Notes: generated by a model not told the origin, from the letters alone. 32,000 bases of DNA from Halogeometricum borinquense DSM 11551 (GCF_000172995.2 NC_014729.1:2100001-2132000), one strand, 5' to 3'. Shown: positions 16,038-24,827, counted from the first letter of the stretch. Program-made: numbers and translations.

Positions 16038-17933
16038 TTACCGCGCCGTCTCGTCTCCGGTGCCGTCGCTGCGGTGTGAGTCGTCGCCGACGGGTGATTC
16101 GACTCCAGAGTCGTCTCCAGTCTGCGGTTCTTCCGCAGACCCGCTTTCAACGTGCGGTTCGTTCTCGACACCGACAGAGAGACCGTCGCGTTCGTCACGC
16201 TCGGTCGGTATCTCCGCGTCTACCTCGCTTTCGAGGCGATCCATCACGCGGTCTGCGTCGGCATAGTACTCGTTGACGAGCGCAGTGAACTGCCGGTAGT
16301 CGTCGATACCTAACTCAACGAGCGACCAAATGAATCGCTCACGTCGCCGCACTTCCCGTCGAAGTTCCGCGCGCGTCCACCCGCGTTCGGACTGAATCTC
16401 CTCCAATAGCGACGAGTTACGCTGTTCGAACGTATCAGTCTCGGCGTCCCACGAGAACGCCCGCGAGTAGTCGAGTTCGCCGGTCCGTTGGTCGATGCCG
16501 CCGATTTCGCCGATAGCACGGGAGCGTCTGACTCGCTCGCCTTTCGACCGGGTGAGCGTTTGGACGCAGAGCAAATCCAGCGACTGCACCATCGCGCGCG
16601 GGACGTTGATCGGTTCGTTTTCCAGTCGGTTGATGACCGTCTCGATACTGTCTGCGTGCATCGTCGAAAACGTCGTGTGGCCCGTGTTCATCGCCTGAAA
16701 CAGCGTGACGGCTTCCTCGCCGCGAACTTCGCCGACGATGATGAACTCGGGGCGATGTCGGAGTGCAGAACGGAGGAGGTCGTACATATCGATGTCCGAC
16801 CCCTCATGCATTCGGTTTCGCGTCACCGACGAGAGCCAGTTGTCGTGGTGCAAGGAGAGTTCGCGGGTGTCCTCGATAGAGAGTACCTTCGAACGCGGCG
16901 GGATGAACATCGACACCGCGTTCATCGAGGTTGTCTTTCCGGATGCCGTTCCACCCGCGAAGATGAGGCTCTTGTTGTGTTCGATACAGAGCCACAGATA
17001 CGCCATCTGCTCGACGGAGAACGTTCCGAACTCGACGAGGTCAACGGGTGTGAACGGGTCGTCCGCGTACATCCGGATGGTGAACGCCGACCCGTGCGGC
17101 GTCACCTCTTCCCCGAGGGCGAGTTCGGCGCGAGAACCGTCGGGAAGCGTCGTTCCGACGACAGGGTCGCCGACGCTGATGTGGCGGCCCGACCGTTGGG
17201 CGAGGCGGACGACGAACTGATCTAACTGTTCTTCGCCGAAGGAGACGTTCGTCTCGATGTCGGTGTAGTCGTCGTGGTACGCGAAGATGGGGAGGTCGTA
17301 GCCGTCACAGGAGATGTCCTCAATATGGGGGTCCTGCATCAACGGGTCGATACGGCCGTATCCACGGAAGTCGCGCAAAAGGTAGTACAACAGCGTGTGG
17401 AACGTCGCCATCTCCACCTCGATACCGTACTGTTCCAGTACCGTCCGTAATGTACGTCGAAGCGTCGTTTCGGCGGATGAACCGGTCTCCGTGTTGTACA
17501 GGAGCGGATCGCGGATATCCTCGCGGACGCGTTCGAGGATGTCGCGTTCAAAATCGTCGAGATCCGGTTCGACGGCGTAGTAGCAGTGTTTGCTGGCCGC
17601 CTCGTCGTACGTAATCACGACGTAGGCGTACGGCGCGTTTACCCAGTACTGGTCGATGACCGCCTCGTCGGCCGGTGGCTCGAACGTACTGAGGGTGCCG
17701 TCGGACGGCCGGTACGGCCGAACATCGATGCGTGAGCCGCGAAGTACCTCGGCAGTTCGTCTGAGTCGTCGTCGGAGATCCGCAAGCGCCGCCTCGAATC
17801 CCGACGGGTCGCCGTTGTCGTCGTTCGGACTATCAGCACCGTCGTTCGGACTAGCAGTCGCACCTGCGTCCCCATCCGACGCGGCGTCCGCCTGTTCCCC
17901 CGTGTCCCCCAAGTCGAATTCCGTCTCTGACAT
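16038..17933 (-). CDS. pilB: Type II/IV secretion system ATPase (archaeal PilB/FlaI family)
   Basis: Walker A is LIFAGGTASGKTTSMNAV, followed by SIEDTRELSL, PEFIIVGEVRGEEA and MNTGHTTFSTMHADS. ATG 17933 is chosen (MSETEF...); GTG 17957 is an alternative start. Confidence 0.9.
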   Translation of the reverse strand: MSETEFDLGDTGEQADAASDGDAGATASPNDGADSPNDDNGDPSGFEAALADLRRRLRRTAEVLRGSRIDVRPYRPSDGTLSTFEPPADEAVIDQYWVNAPYAYVVITYDEAASKHCYYAVEPDLDDFERDILERVREDIRDPLLYNTETGSSAETTLRRTLRTVLEQYGIEVEMATFHTLLYYLLRDFRGYGRIDPLMQDPHIEDISCDGYDLPIFAYHDDYTDIETNVSFGEEQLDQFVVRLAQRSGRHISVGDPVVGTTLPDGSRAELALGEEVTPHGSAFTIRMYADDPFTPVDLVEFGTFSVEQMAYLWLCIEHNKSLIFAGGTASGKTTSMNAVSMFIPPRSKVLSIEDTRELSLHHDNWLSSVTRNRMHEGSDIDMYDLLRSALRHRPEFIIVGEVRGEEAVTLFQAMNTGHTTFSTMHADSIETVINRLENEPINVPRAMVQSLDLLCVQTLTRSKGERVRRSRAIGEIGGIDQRTGELDYSRAFSWDAETDTFEQRNSSLLEEIQSERGWTRAELRREVRRRERFIWSLVELGIDDYRQFTALVNEYYADADRVMDRLESEVDAEIPTERDERDGLSVGVENEPHVESGSAEEPQTGDDSGVESPVGDDSHRSDGTGDETAR

Positions 17934-18004
17934 TGCGTCCTCGTTGCGATACGTCACCGTTGTTTTCGATTCAAGTGACTTAACGTAGGGGGTGAACGGT
18001 GCTG

Positions 18005-18508
18005 TTACGTTCGCTCAACTGTCAGGAGAAGCCCTGCGAACACGAACAGGAAAACGACACCTACCGGAAGGGGGACACCGGGGAAGCCACGCGTGACGAG
18101 GAGATAGGTAGCGACCGCGAGAACAACGCCCGCAAGCCCCAACAGACTGCCGAGGAGACGTACCGGATCGACGGGCCCGGATTCGACTGCATCCTCGCGA
18201 AAGTAGTAGGCAATAGCAACGAGGAGAGCAACGGCAAGAACCGCCGCGCCAACGGCCCACACCTCGTAGGCGAGTTGTATCGTGCTTCCCGCCTGAAACG
18301 CGATAGCCGACATCGGATCGAACAGCCGAACCGCCTCTGCGAACGGCACGCCGAACGCGTACCGAATCTGGGCAAACGGAAAACGAACGAACAGTACTGA
18401 CCCGCCGGAGATACTCGCCGAGTACGTCACATTCCACGGGAGCAACACCGAAAGAACCGTCAAGACGACGGCAAGCGGCCCTGCGTACTCTGAACGGACC
18501 CAAACCAT
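18005..18508 (-). CDS. Hypothetical polytopic membrane protein, first gene of the pilB/pilC operon
   Basis: 167 aa with 4-5 hydrophobic segments. It is co-directional with and 71 nt upstream of the ATPase. No class III signal peptide pattern. Confidence 0.65.
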   Translation of the reverse strand: MVWVRSEYAGPLAVVLTVLSVLLPWNVTYSASISGGSVLFVRFPFAQIRYAFGVPFAEAVRLFDPMSAIAFQAGSTIQLAYEVWAVGAAVLAVALLVAIAYYFREDAVESGPVDPVRLLGSLLGLAGVVLAVATYLLVTRGFPGVPLPVGVVFLFVFAGLLLTVERT

Positions 18509-18688
18509 GCAGGATGGGAGAAACCGACCCGGTAAAATCTACCGACTATCGGCAGTATCGACTCGGGGTCGGTGTGCTGACACGCAGATCGCAGTACGCC
18601 GAACTTCTACGCAGAAACGGCCTGAGTCGCACGAGGCGGGGGAAGGCGTTACGTTCATACACGGCGACCTCCAAAATCGAATCACGGA

Positions 18689-19168
18689 ATGAGGCGCGAC
18701 TACTTCGAGTTGGATGTCAAACATATTGATTGGGTCGAAGAGGGCGGGGATCCCGAAAAGCCCCTCGTCCGCATCGACTTTCACGGTCCTGAGGGATCAC
18801 TCATGGACCGTCTCACTGATGCCGACGGGGAACACTTAGACGCCGCCGAGACGGATGTTGCTTTCCGCCTGCAGGGCGACGTAAACGACCCCGATGCCAC
18901 CGGTGTGGTGAGTGTCACGAATCGTATCACGGGAGACTTCGTCCTCGAACTGAACGAGGACGCCGACGACGTACTTCGATTTATCCGTGCGGCGCGGGAG
19001 TACGGAAAATCCGAAGCCGACGTCGAGGACGGCCAGTACCGCGTAGAGATACGAACAGACGACGACAGCGACACAGTGGTTTACGAGAAACGGACGTTTC
19101 TCGTCTACGATGCCGATGGGAACCTGCTTCGCGGACACAGTCTCATCCCGTCCGGCGTCGAACTCTGA
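18689..19168 (+). CDS. Conserved-looking acidic hypothetical protein (159 aa)
   Basis: Clean ATG ORF with haloarchaeal acidic composition and high third-position GC. No motif that I can name with confidence. Confidence 0.65.
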   Translation: MRRDYFELDVKHIDWVEEGGDPEKPLVRIDFHGPEGSLMDRLTDADGEHLDAAETDVAFRLQGDVNDPDATGVVSVTNRITGDFVLELNEDADDVLRFIRAAREYGKSEADVEDGQYRVEIRTDDDSDTVVYEKRTFLVYDADGNLLRGHSLIPSGVEL

Positions 19169-19231
19169 GACGGCTTTTTCACGGGAGGCGAAACCACACC
19201 GCATATAACGGTCTCCGCGCTACCGTTTTCC

Positions 19232-19858
19232 GTGGAGAACGTAACCGACCGCACGAGCAATCCCTTCGGTATGCGACCACCGTGCGACCGGTTCGTTCCG
19301 GGATACGGCGACGCTAACGCATACTTCCACGTCATCGGTGACCACCCCGGCGTTCACGGGGGGAAGATAACAGGCGTGCCGTTCACCAACGAACCGGGGA
19401 TACGATTGCAGGCGGCCTTGGCCGATGCGGGATTACTGGAGACGACTGGTGACCAACCGACCGTAGCGAAGACGTTCCTCTCGTACCTTCATATGGGCGT
19501 GCCCGACGGCACACCGTCGCAAGCCGAATACGACGACCTCGAACGCTTCTTCGACGCCGAACTACGCGCCATCGCCGCACACGTCCTCTTTCCGGTGGGC
19601 GCGCGGGCGACAAAGTACGTTCTGGAGAACTACACCGCACAGGCGCGGAAGATTTCCGTCGAAATGGAGGAACTTCACGGGCAAGAGGTTCGCGGAAGCG
19701 GATTCCTCGTCCTCCCCATCGCTGATCCCCGCGACTGGAACGAAACGCACCACGAACGCCTTGTAGAAGCCATCGATATTCTCACTGCGACGGACTTCCG
19801 GCAGGTGACTGACCTCGGGAGATTCACGGCTGGTGACGACCCGTACCTCGTTCGCTAA
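19232..19858 (+). CDS. Uracil-DNA glycosylase superfamily protein (divergent)
   Basis: FVPGYGDANAYFHVIGDHPGVHGGKITGVPFT matches the UDG-superfamily motif A region (G-x-x-P-G). The overall length is UDG-like. GTG start at 19232. Confidence 0.7.
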   Translation: MENVTDRTSNPFGMRPPCDRFVPGYGDANAYFHVIGDHPGVHGGKITGVPFTNEPGIRLQAALADAGLLETTGDQPTVAKTFLSYLHMGVPDGTPSQAEYDDLERFFDAELRAIAAHVLFPVGARATKYVLENYTAQARKISVEMEELHGQEVRGSGFLVLPIADPRDWNETHHERLVEAIDILTATDFRQVTDLGRFTAGDDPYLVR

Positions 19859-19876
19859 CAGGGCTCACGGCCGGTA

Positions 19877-19969
19877 TTCCCACGGGAACAACCAGCGTGC
19901 TTTCGGAATTCCCTGATTCGATTCCGAAACAGCGTTCAATTACGTAACAAAGACCATTACAATTGAACG
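19877..19969 (+). terminator. Three consecutive hairpins followed by T-rich tracts downstream of the UDG-like gene
   Basis: The inverted repeats are TTCCC-ac-GGGAA (19877-19888), TTTCGGAAT-11 nt-ATTCCGAAA (19901-19929) and CGTTCAATT-19 nt-AATTGAACG (19933-19969), followed by tatttttgatttt. The terminator role is an inference. Confidence 0.35.
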
Positions 19970-20060
19970 TATTTTTGATTTTCTGCCCATGAGGGAGACG
20001 GATACCTACCATTTGAACGGTACTCGGGGTAGTCGGAGAAGGAATTGGCACCAACGCAGG

Positions 20061-20067
20061 TTTTTTT
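20061..20067 (+). terminator. T7 tract (archaeal oligo-T terminator candidate)
   Basis: A run of seven T on the plus strand sits in the middle of a gene-free gap. No annotated plus-strand gene ends just upstream of it. Confidence 0.3.
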
Positions 20068-20225
20068 ACTACAACCGTCAAACAGCGTATTGACGCGCGT
20101 GGTACGACTCCACCGGGCGCGTCAGGTAAGGAACTGCGAGACTGGTGCTCTTCGCAGTGGCTTGGTCAGTCCGGGGCCCGCGCTTGCCGCGGTCCCTGCT
20201 TCCTTCTCATAGTGTACTTCGTTCG

Positions 20226-21056
20226 CTAGTCGAGACGCTGCACGTCGATGCCACCATTTCCGGCACGGAGCGTCAGCGACGGTCCGCCATCCCCGAGCGT
20301 TCCGATGACGCGAGACGGCGAGATGGTAGCGTCGGTAAGTTCGAGACCGGACACGTCTACGCCGCCGTTCGTCACGCGTGCCTCGAACATCGCATCGATG
20401 CCCGCCGAGATAGACGCGTCAATCCCTCCGTTGGACGCGCTGACTTCCGTGTCGCCACGTATCGCGGGAATCTCGATGTTGATGCCGCCGTTACCTGCGC
20501 TGACCTTGTCGATACCGCCCACGTCGCGCGCTTCGATGCCACCGTTACCCGCTTCGAGCGTCAGAAAGCCCGGCGTTCCAGCCGCGTGGACGCCGCCGTT
20601 ACCCGCGCGAAGTGTCGCATCACCGCTGACGCGTTCGACATCGACTCCGCCGTTCGCCGTCTCGGCGAGTTGGAGGTCGAGCGAATCGGGGAGTGAGACA
20701 GTAAGGTCAGTCGAGACTCGAGACACGTCCGACGGGTAGACGACCGCTATCGTCAGCACACCGTCGCTGACGGAGCGATCTACTGAGATGCGGTCGAGAA
20801 CACTCTCGTCGATGCCGAACCCGCGTTTGACAACCGTGACGGAAACGGTATCACCAGAGCCGGGGCGTATAGTCACGTTGCCTGTCCGGTTCAGTACCTG
20901 CACGCTCGTCGCATCTTCGGGCGACACGTCGAACGATTCCTCGCTGCTCGTCGCCAACCCGGGGGCGTTACATCCTGCGAGTAGCCCAACTGCACCCACG
21001 CCTGTCGCGGCAAGGAACCGGCGACGACTCGATTTCTCCGAACGCGTAGTATTCAT
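20226..21056 (-). CDS. Tat-secreted lipoprotein with DUF4097-like beta-strand repeats (putative adhesin fold)
   Basis: ORF trimmed to the ATG at 21056. The N-terminus is MNTTRSEKSSRRRFLAATGVGAVGLLAGC (twin-arginine motif plus lipobox Cys). The body has repeated NGG[IV]D/H... units (ETANGGVDVERV, AGNGGVHAAG, AGNGGIEARDV, AGNGGINIEI, ASNGGIDASI, VTNGGVDVSG, AGNGGIDVQRL). Confidence 0.75.
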   Translation of the reverse strand: MNTTRSEKSSRRRFLAATGVGAVGLLAGCNAPGLATSSEESFDVSPEDATSVQVLNRTGNVTIRPGSGDTVSVTVVKRGFGIDESVLDRISVDRSVSDGVLTIAVVYPSDVSRVSTDLTVSLPDSLDLQLAETANGGVDVERVSGDATLRAGNGGVHAAGTPGFLTLEAGNGGIEARDVGGIDKVSAGNGGINIEIPAIRGDTEVSASNGGIDASISAGIDAMFEARVTNGGVDVSGLELTDATISPSRVIGTLGDGGPSLTLRAGNGGIDVQRLD

Positions 21057-21100
21057 ATATGTAACACGTTTGCGAGAGGATAAGAATCCGTCTCTCGTTT

Positions 21101-21775
21101 TCACACTCTGTCGGCCGCCCAGCATAGCGCACCGTATCCATCCGTCCGCAACGGTTCACCGTGACCGACGCACGCCGCCTCGAACGGATCGATTCGGTCG
21201 GCGATGTCTCTCAGGCTCTCTCGGTTTCGCTCGGCATCGTAGCAGACGAACCACGGCGACGGCGACAACGCGCCCGCAGACTCCCGAACGAGGTCACCGA
21301 GGAATGCCGCACCGTGGTCTGTGTGCTGGTAGACGACGTGACCGGGAGTGTGTCCGGGTGCGCGATAGACACCGAATCCACCCACCGAGTCGCCGTCGTT
21401 GACGCGGCGCACCTCGTTTTTCGGCGCGGTGAGGAACGGTCTGGTGGCACGCTGGAGCATCCCTTTGTGATTCCCGAATGGCGGCGTCGCATCACCCAAG
21501 AGGAACGAAGCGTCCGGTTCGGCCGCATAGATGGGTACATCGGGATCGAAGTCGAGCAACCCAAGCGTTCCGACGTGGTCGAGATCGTAGTGCGTAACGA
21601 GGACACGGTCAATCTCTGCGGGAAACACGTTCGCCCGCGAAAGCATCGCACGCATTCGGTCTGCATCCCACGGCGTTCCGGCGTCAACGAGCGTTATCGT
21701 ACCGTCGTCGTCGACGAGGTAGGCGTTCACCCCACGGCACCGGAGTCGATAAACCGAACCCTCTTCGAGTGACAT
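21101..21775 (-). CDS. MBL-fold metallo-hydrolase
   Basis: VNAYLVDDDGTITLVDAGT and the metal motif THYDLDHVG (HxHxDH-type variant), later PGHTPGH. Confidence 0.85.
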   Translation of the reverse strand: MSLEEGSVYRLRCRGVNAYLVDDDGTITLVDAGTPWDADRMRAMLSRANVFPAEIDRVLVTHYDLDHVGTLGLLDFDPDVPIYAAEPDASFLLGDATPPFGNHKGMLQRATRPFLTAPKNEVRRVNDGDSVGGFGVYRAPGHTPGHVVYQHTDHGAAFLGDLVRESAGALSPSPWFVCYDAERNRESLRDIADRIDPFEAACVGHGEPLRTDGYGALCWAADRV

Positions 21776-21863
21776 AATCGTTCTTCGTCGTACGGTACCA
21801 AAAGTCGGACCCCGGTCTCAGAATCGTACTCGTATCTCAGGCCCGAAGCGCTCACCGTTTGAA

Positions 21864-22949
21864 TCAGGCGTCAGCGAGGAGATACCGGCCGACATCAGCG
21901 AGAAACAGCGTCGTGGCCACGATTGGAAGCAGGACGACAAGTGTGAGTGTCAGACCCGCCGCAGACACCGAAACGGCGGGACCAAGTGCCAGCGATGCCA
22001 GCGGAGCGAGTGCCCCGAGGAGATAGAGGTACGCGGTACCGTGTCCGAACTTGCCGACAACGCCGAGGAAGATGACACCGAGCAGTGCCGCACTGGCTGG
22101 GAACGCGAGTGCAAGACCGGGTGCGACGGTGAGCGCGCCAAGCGCAAACGTTCCCGGTTCGACGATTCCATGACCGGCGAGAAGCGCCGCTTGCGGGTTC
22201 GTCGAGAGTGCAGACGCAAACGCCGCGAGAGCGTCCACGTTCGCATCGAGGAACACCGCAAGACCGCCGAGATAGATCACACCCGCGAGCAACGTCGCGG
22301 TCCAACCGTACCAGAGCGGGTTTCGGGTCGCTGTTGCGGTGCCAACTTCTTCGTTTGTCCCCGCGGATTTGTCCGCGTTCGTGGACGACCCTGACTGACG
22401 ATGCGACGAAGAACGAGTACGAGACGATGATCCACCGTTCGATGACGACCGATCACTAGACCGCGACCGACCACCCGACTGTGACCGGGTTCGTGATCCC
22501 GACGACCCCGTCCGAGACGACCCGGATGACCCTCTCTGGGACGACCCGGACGATGTTCGTCCGGATGCTGTCCGGGACGATGTGTCGTCGGACGATTGTG
22601 TTCGGTTCGCGGTGCTGGACGTATTCGAACGACTACTCGACCCCGAGGAGTTCGAACTCCATCGCGTGCCACCCGTTGAGGTGTCGTCCGGACGTGTCAT
22701 CCCCGCCGTCGGCAGTCCATCGAGTCGTTGATTCACGTAGGACGTATGGCCCAATCGGTCGTACGCGGCGCGTTCCGTCTCGTCGGACAGCACCTCGTAG
22801 GCCTTTTGCAGCGTCTTGAACTGTGCGTTCGCCCGAGCGTCGTCGTTCACGTCCGGGTGATACTCCCGTGCTTTCCCCCGCCACGCCCGCTTAATGTCGG
22901 ATTGCGTCGCGTCCTCAGAGACCTCAAGGAGGTCGTAGAAGTCGTCCAT
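21864..22949 (-). CDS. Membrane-anchored J-domain (DnaJ-like) protein with a Ser/Arg/Gly/Thr-rich linker
   Basis: The J domain is DFYDLLEVSEDATQSDIKRAWRGKAREYHPDVN...FKTLQKAYEVLSDETERAAYDR, with an HPD motif. This is followed by a low-complexity S/R/G/T linker of about 110 aa, then a C-terminal hydrophobic domain with several TM segments. Confidence 0.85.
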   Translation of the reverse strand: MDDFYDLLEVSEDATQSDIKRAWRGKAREYHPDVNDDARANAQFKTLQKAYEVLSDETERAAYDRLGHTSYVNQRLDGLPTAGMTRPDDTSTGGTRWSSNSSGSSSRSNTSSTANRTQSSDDTSSRTASGRTSSGSSQRGSSGSSRTGSSGSRTRSQSGGRSRSSDRSSSNGGSSSRTRSSSHRQSGSSTNADKSAGTNEEVGTATATRNPLWYGWTATLLAGVIYLGGLAVFLDANVDALAAFASALSTNPQAALLAGHGIVEPGTFALGALTVAPGLALAFPASAALLGVIFLGVVGKFGHGTAYLYLLGALAPLASLALGPAVSVSAAGLTLTLVVLLPIVATTLFLADVGRYLLADA

Positions 22950-23003
22950 TCGGTCGAACGCCGGTACGAAATCATCCGGTTTGAATGTACCGGGTATGAA
23001 TGT

Positions 23004-23399
23004 TCAGCTAGCAGACACGAGTGCGTTCACGACGAACAGGATGAGGACTCCTGCGATGGCAGTAGCGGTGGCGTAGCCGTGAATCTGCCACGCACGCCGC
23101 ATATCAGCACGTCTCGCTGCTTCGTCACTCACTTCACGACGATAGTTCCCTTTTTCTGACACGTCGTAGATTCCGAGCGAGGCGAACCCGGCACAGAACT
23201 GGTACTGTGCCTGCAGATAGCCCTCTGCCGTACCGAACAACGGAACACCCGCGAGGGCAAGTGCCCAGACGGGACCGTCGAATCCGAACACCCACGTCAC
23301 CAGTCCGAGCGTCGCAACGGCGGCTACGGAACCGAGAGCGTACCGTCGCCGCTGTTCCGCCTCACCGATATTACACACTCCGGGTTGATACTCCGCCAT
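23004..23399 (-). CDS. Small membrane protein, possibly YgaP-like/DUF2892-type TM domain
   Basis: MAEYQPGVCNIGEAEQRRRYALGSVAAV... and QFCAGFASLGIYD resemble the N-x-G-x-x-E/D-R...R and C-x-x-x-x-x-x-G pattern of DUF2892. This is from memory and unverified. It has 3 hydrophobic segments. Confidence 0.6.
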   Translation of the reverse strand: MAEYQPGVCNIGEAEQRRRYALGSVAAVATLGLVTWVFGFDGPVWALALAGVPLFGTAEGYLQAQYQFCAGFASLGIYDVSEKGNYRREVSDEAARRADMRRAWQIHGYATATAIAGVLILFVVNALVSAS

Positions 23400-23520
23400 A
23401 CCGAATATCGTGTCTCGTCGGGTGAAACGCTACCGCCCGAGGCGTCCTCGGCCGGTACCGTCTTGCGTCCATTCTTCCGAGATAGCAACCCTCATCATCG
23501 TTCATACCTACGCGGGAGGT

Positions 23521-24516
23521 ATGGACCTCCACCGAATCCGACTCGGGAACACGGTGTTCGAGGGTCGGAACAACGCCTATCTCCTCTCCGGGGAGGTGAC
23601 GACGCTCGTTGACGTCGGCGCGTCTCTCGATGAGATTCGAGACGACCTCGACGCAGGTCTCGACGAAGTCGGTCTCGGCGTCAGCGACATCGACCAGATT
23701 CTACTCACGCACTGGCACGCTGACCACACCGGTCTCGCAGGCGAACTTCAAGCCGAGAGCGGGGCCGTCGTCCGCGCACACGAAGCGGACGCACCGCTCA
23801 TCGCGGGCGAGACAGACGCCGTTCACGCAGAGCGCGACATCCGACTGCAGCGCTTCGACGAGTGGGGGATTCCCGAGGGGAAACGCGAGGAACTGGTTTC
23901 GTTCCTCGAAATGCACGACGACTTAGAAGGCGAATCCGCCGATGTGACGCCACTGACCGACGGCGAGCGAATCGATGCGGGCGACGGCGAACTCGAAGTC
24001 CATCACCTGCCCGGACACGCCGCTGGACTCACTGCGTTCGCCTTCGACGGTGGAAGCGACGGGAACGGTGAGGAGGCGTTCGTCGGCGACGCCATCCTCC
24101 CCAAGTACACGCCGAACGTCGGCGGCGCTGACCTCCGGGTCGAACGACCGCTTCAGACGTACGTCGAGAGCCTCGTCTCGCTCATCGACTGGGATGTTGA
24201 CCGCGCGTGGCCGGGACACCGCGACCCCATCGACGACCCGTCGGCCCGCGCAGCGACCATCCTCGAACACCACCGCGAACGTACCGAACGTGTCGTGAAC
24301 ACCCTGCGAGATCACGGTCCCGCAGATGCGTGGACGGTGAGTGCCCGCCTGTTCGGCGAATTAGAGAACATCCACATCCTGCACGGTCCCGGCGAAGCGT
24401 GGGCGCACCTCGACCATCTGGTCCACGCCGACGTGGCGGCCCGTGAGGGGAACGAATACCGACTGGTCGAAGCCGACCCGGACATCTCGGCGCTGTTCCC
24501 CAAGACGAAATACTGA
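23521..24516 (+). CDS. MBL-fold metallo-hydrolase
   Basis: ORF 23410..24516 trimmed to the ATG at 23521 (MDLHRIRLGNTVFEGRNNAYLL...). The metal motif is THWHADHTG, later PGHAAG. Confidence 0.85.
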   Translation: MDLHRIRLGNTVFEGRNNAYLLSGEVTTLVDVGASLDEIRDDLDAGLDEVGLGVSDIDQILLTHWHADHTGLAGELQAESGAVVRAHEADAPLIAGETDAVHAERDIRLQRFDEWGIPEGKREELVSFLEMHDDLEGESADVTPLTDGERIDAGDGELEVHHLPGHAAGLTAFAFDGGSDGNGEEAFVGDAILPKYTPNVGGADLRVERPLQTYVESLVSLIDWDVDRAWPGHRDPIDDPSARAATILEHHRERTERVVNTLRDHGPADAWTVSARLFGELENIHILHGPGEAWAHLDHLVHADVAAREGNEYRLVEADPDISALFPKTKY

Positions 24517-24542
24517 AACGCCACGACCGGAAAAGGGAGGGC

Positions 24543-24827
24543 ATGGAACTGCGGGTCATCGACAAGACGGACGAGGAACTTCGCCTCGAAATCGCGGGCG
24601 AGGATCACACCTTCATGAACGTCATCAAAGGCGCACTGCTGGAGACGCCGGGCGTCGCCGCGGCGACGTACGACGTGAATCCCGAGCAGTCGGGCGGTCA
24701 GACCGACCCGATTCTCTCGGTCAAGACTGAATCGGGCACTGATCCTCTCGACGCCCTCGCGGACGCCTCCCAGCGCGTGCAAGACCTCTCGTCGGACTTC
24801 ACGTCCGCGTTCGAAGCGGCGCTATAA
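24543..24827 (+). CDS. rpoL: DNA-directed RNA polymerase subunit L (Rpb11 homologue)
   Basis: MELRVIDKTDEELRLEIAGEDHTFMNVIKGALLETPGV is the characteristic RpoL N-terminus. Length 94 aa. A ggaggg sequence lies upstream. Confidence 0.9.
   Translation: MELRVIDKTDEELRLEIAGEDHTFMNVIKGALLETPGVAAATYDVNPEQSGGQTDPILSVKTESGTDPLDALADASQRVQDLSSDFTSAFEAAL

Noticed and set aside
16037-16198. A 54-codon N-terminal extension of the pilC-like ORF (the 773-aa version) overlapping the ATPase 3-prime end.
   Set aside because: The ATG at 16036 lies 1 nt after the ATPase TAA and directly precedes a hydrophobic helix. The extension (MTNATVSLSVSRTNRTLKAGLRKNRR...) is basic and atypical.
19877-19969. A possible replication origin. 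The region is AT-rich and contains inverted repeats. TTCCCACGGGAAC vaguely resembles the archaeal mini-ORB core TTCCAGTGGAAAC.
   Set aside because: There is only one weak ORB-like copy (about 9 of 13 positions by eye). There is no G-string, no repeated ORBs flanking a DUE, and no orc1/cdc6 gene in the window.
19989-20093. A 34-aa ORF (MRETDTYHLNGTRGSRRRNWHQRRFFYYNRQTAY) in the AT-rich gap.
   Set aside because: It is highly basic, has low third-position GC, and the T7 tract falls inside it. It is more likely non-coding.
22330-22680. Nucleotide-level degenerate repeats (gacgacccgga-type) that could be mistaken for a tandem repeat or a CRISPR-like array.
   Set aside because: They sit in frame inside the J-domain protein and encode its Ser/Arg/Gly linker. 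There is no regular repeat-spacer periodicity.
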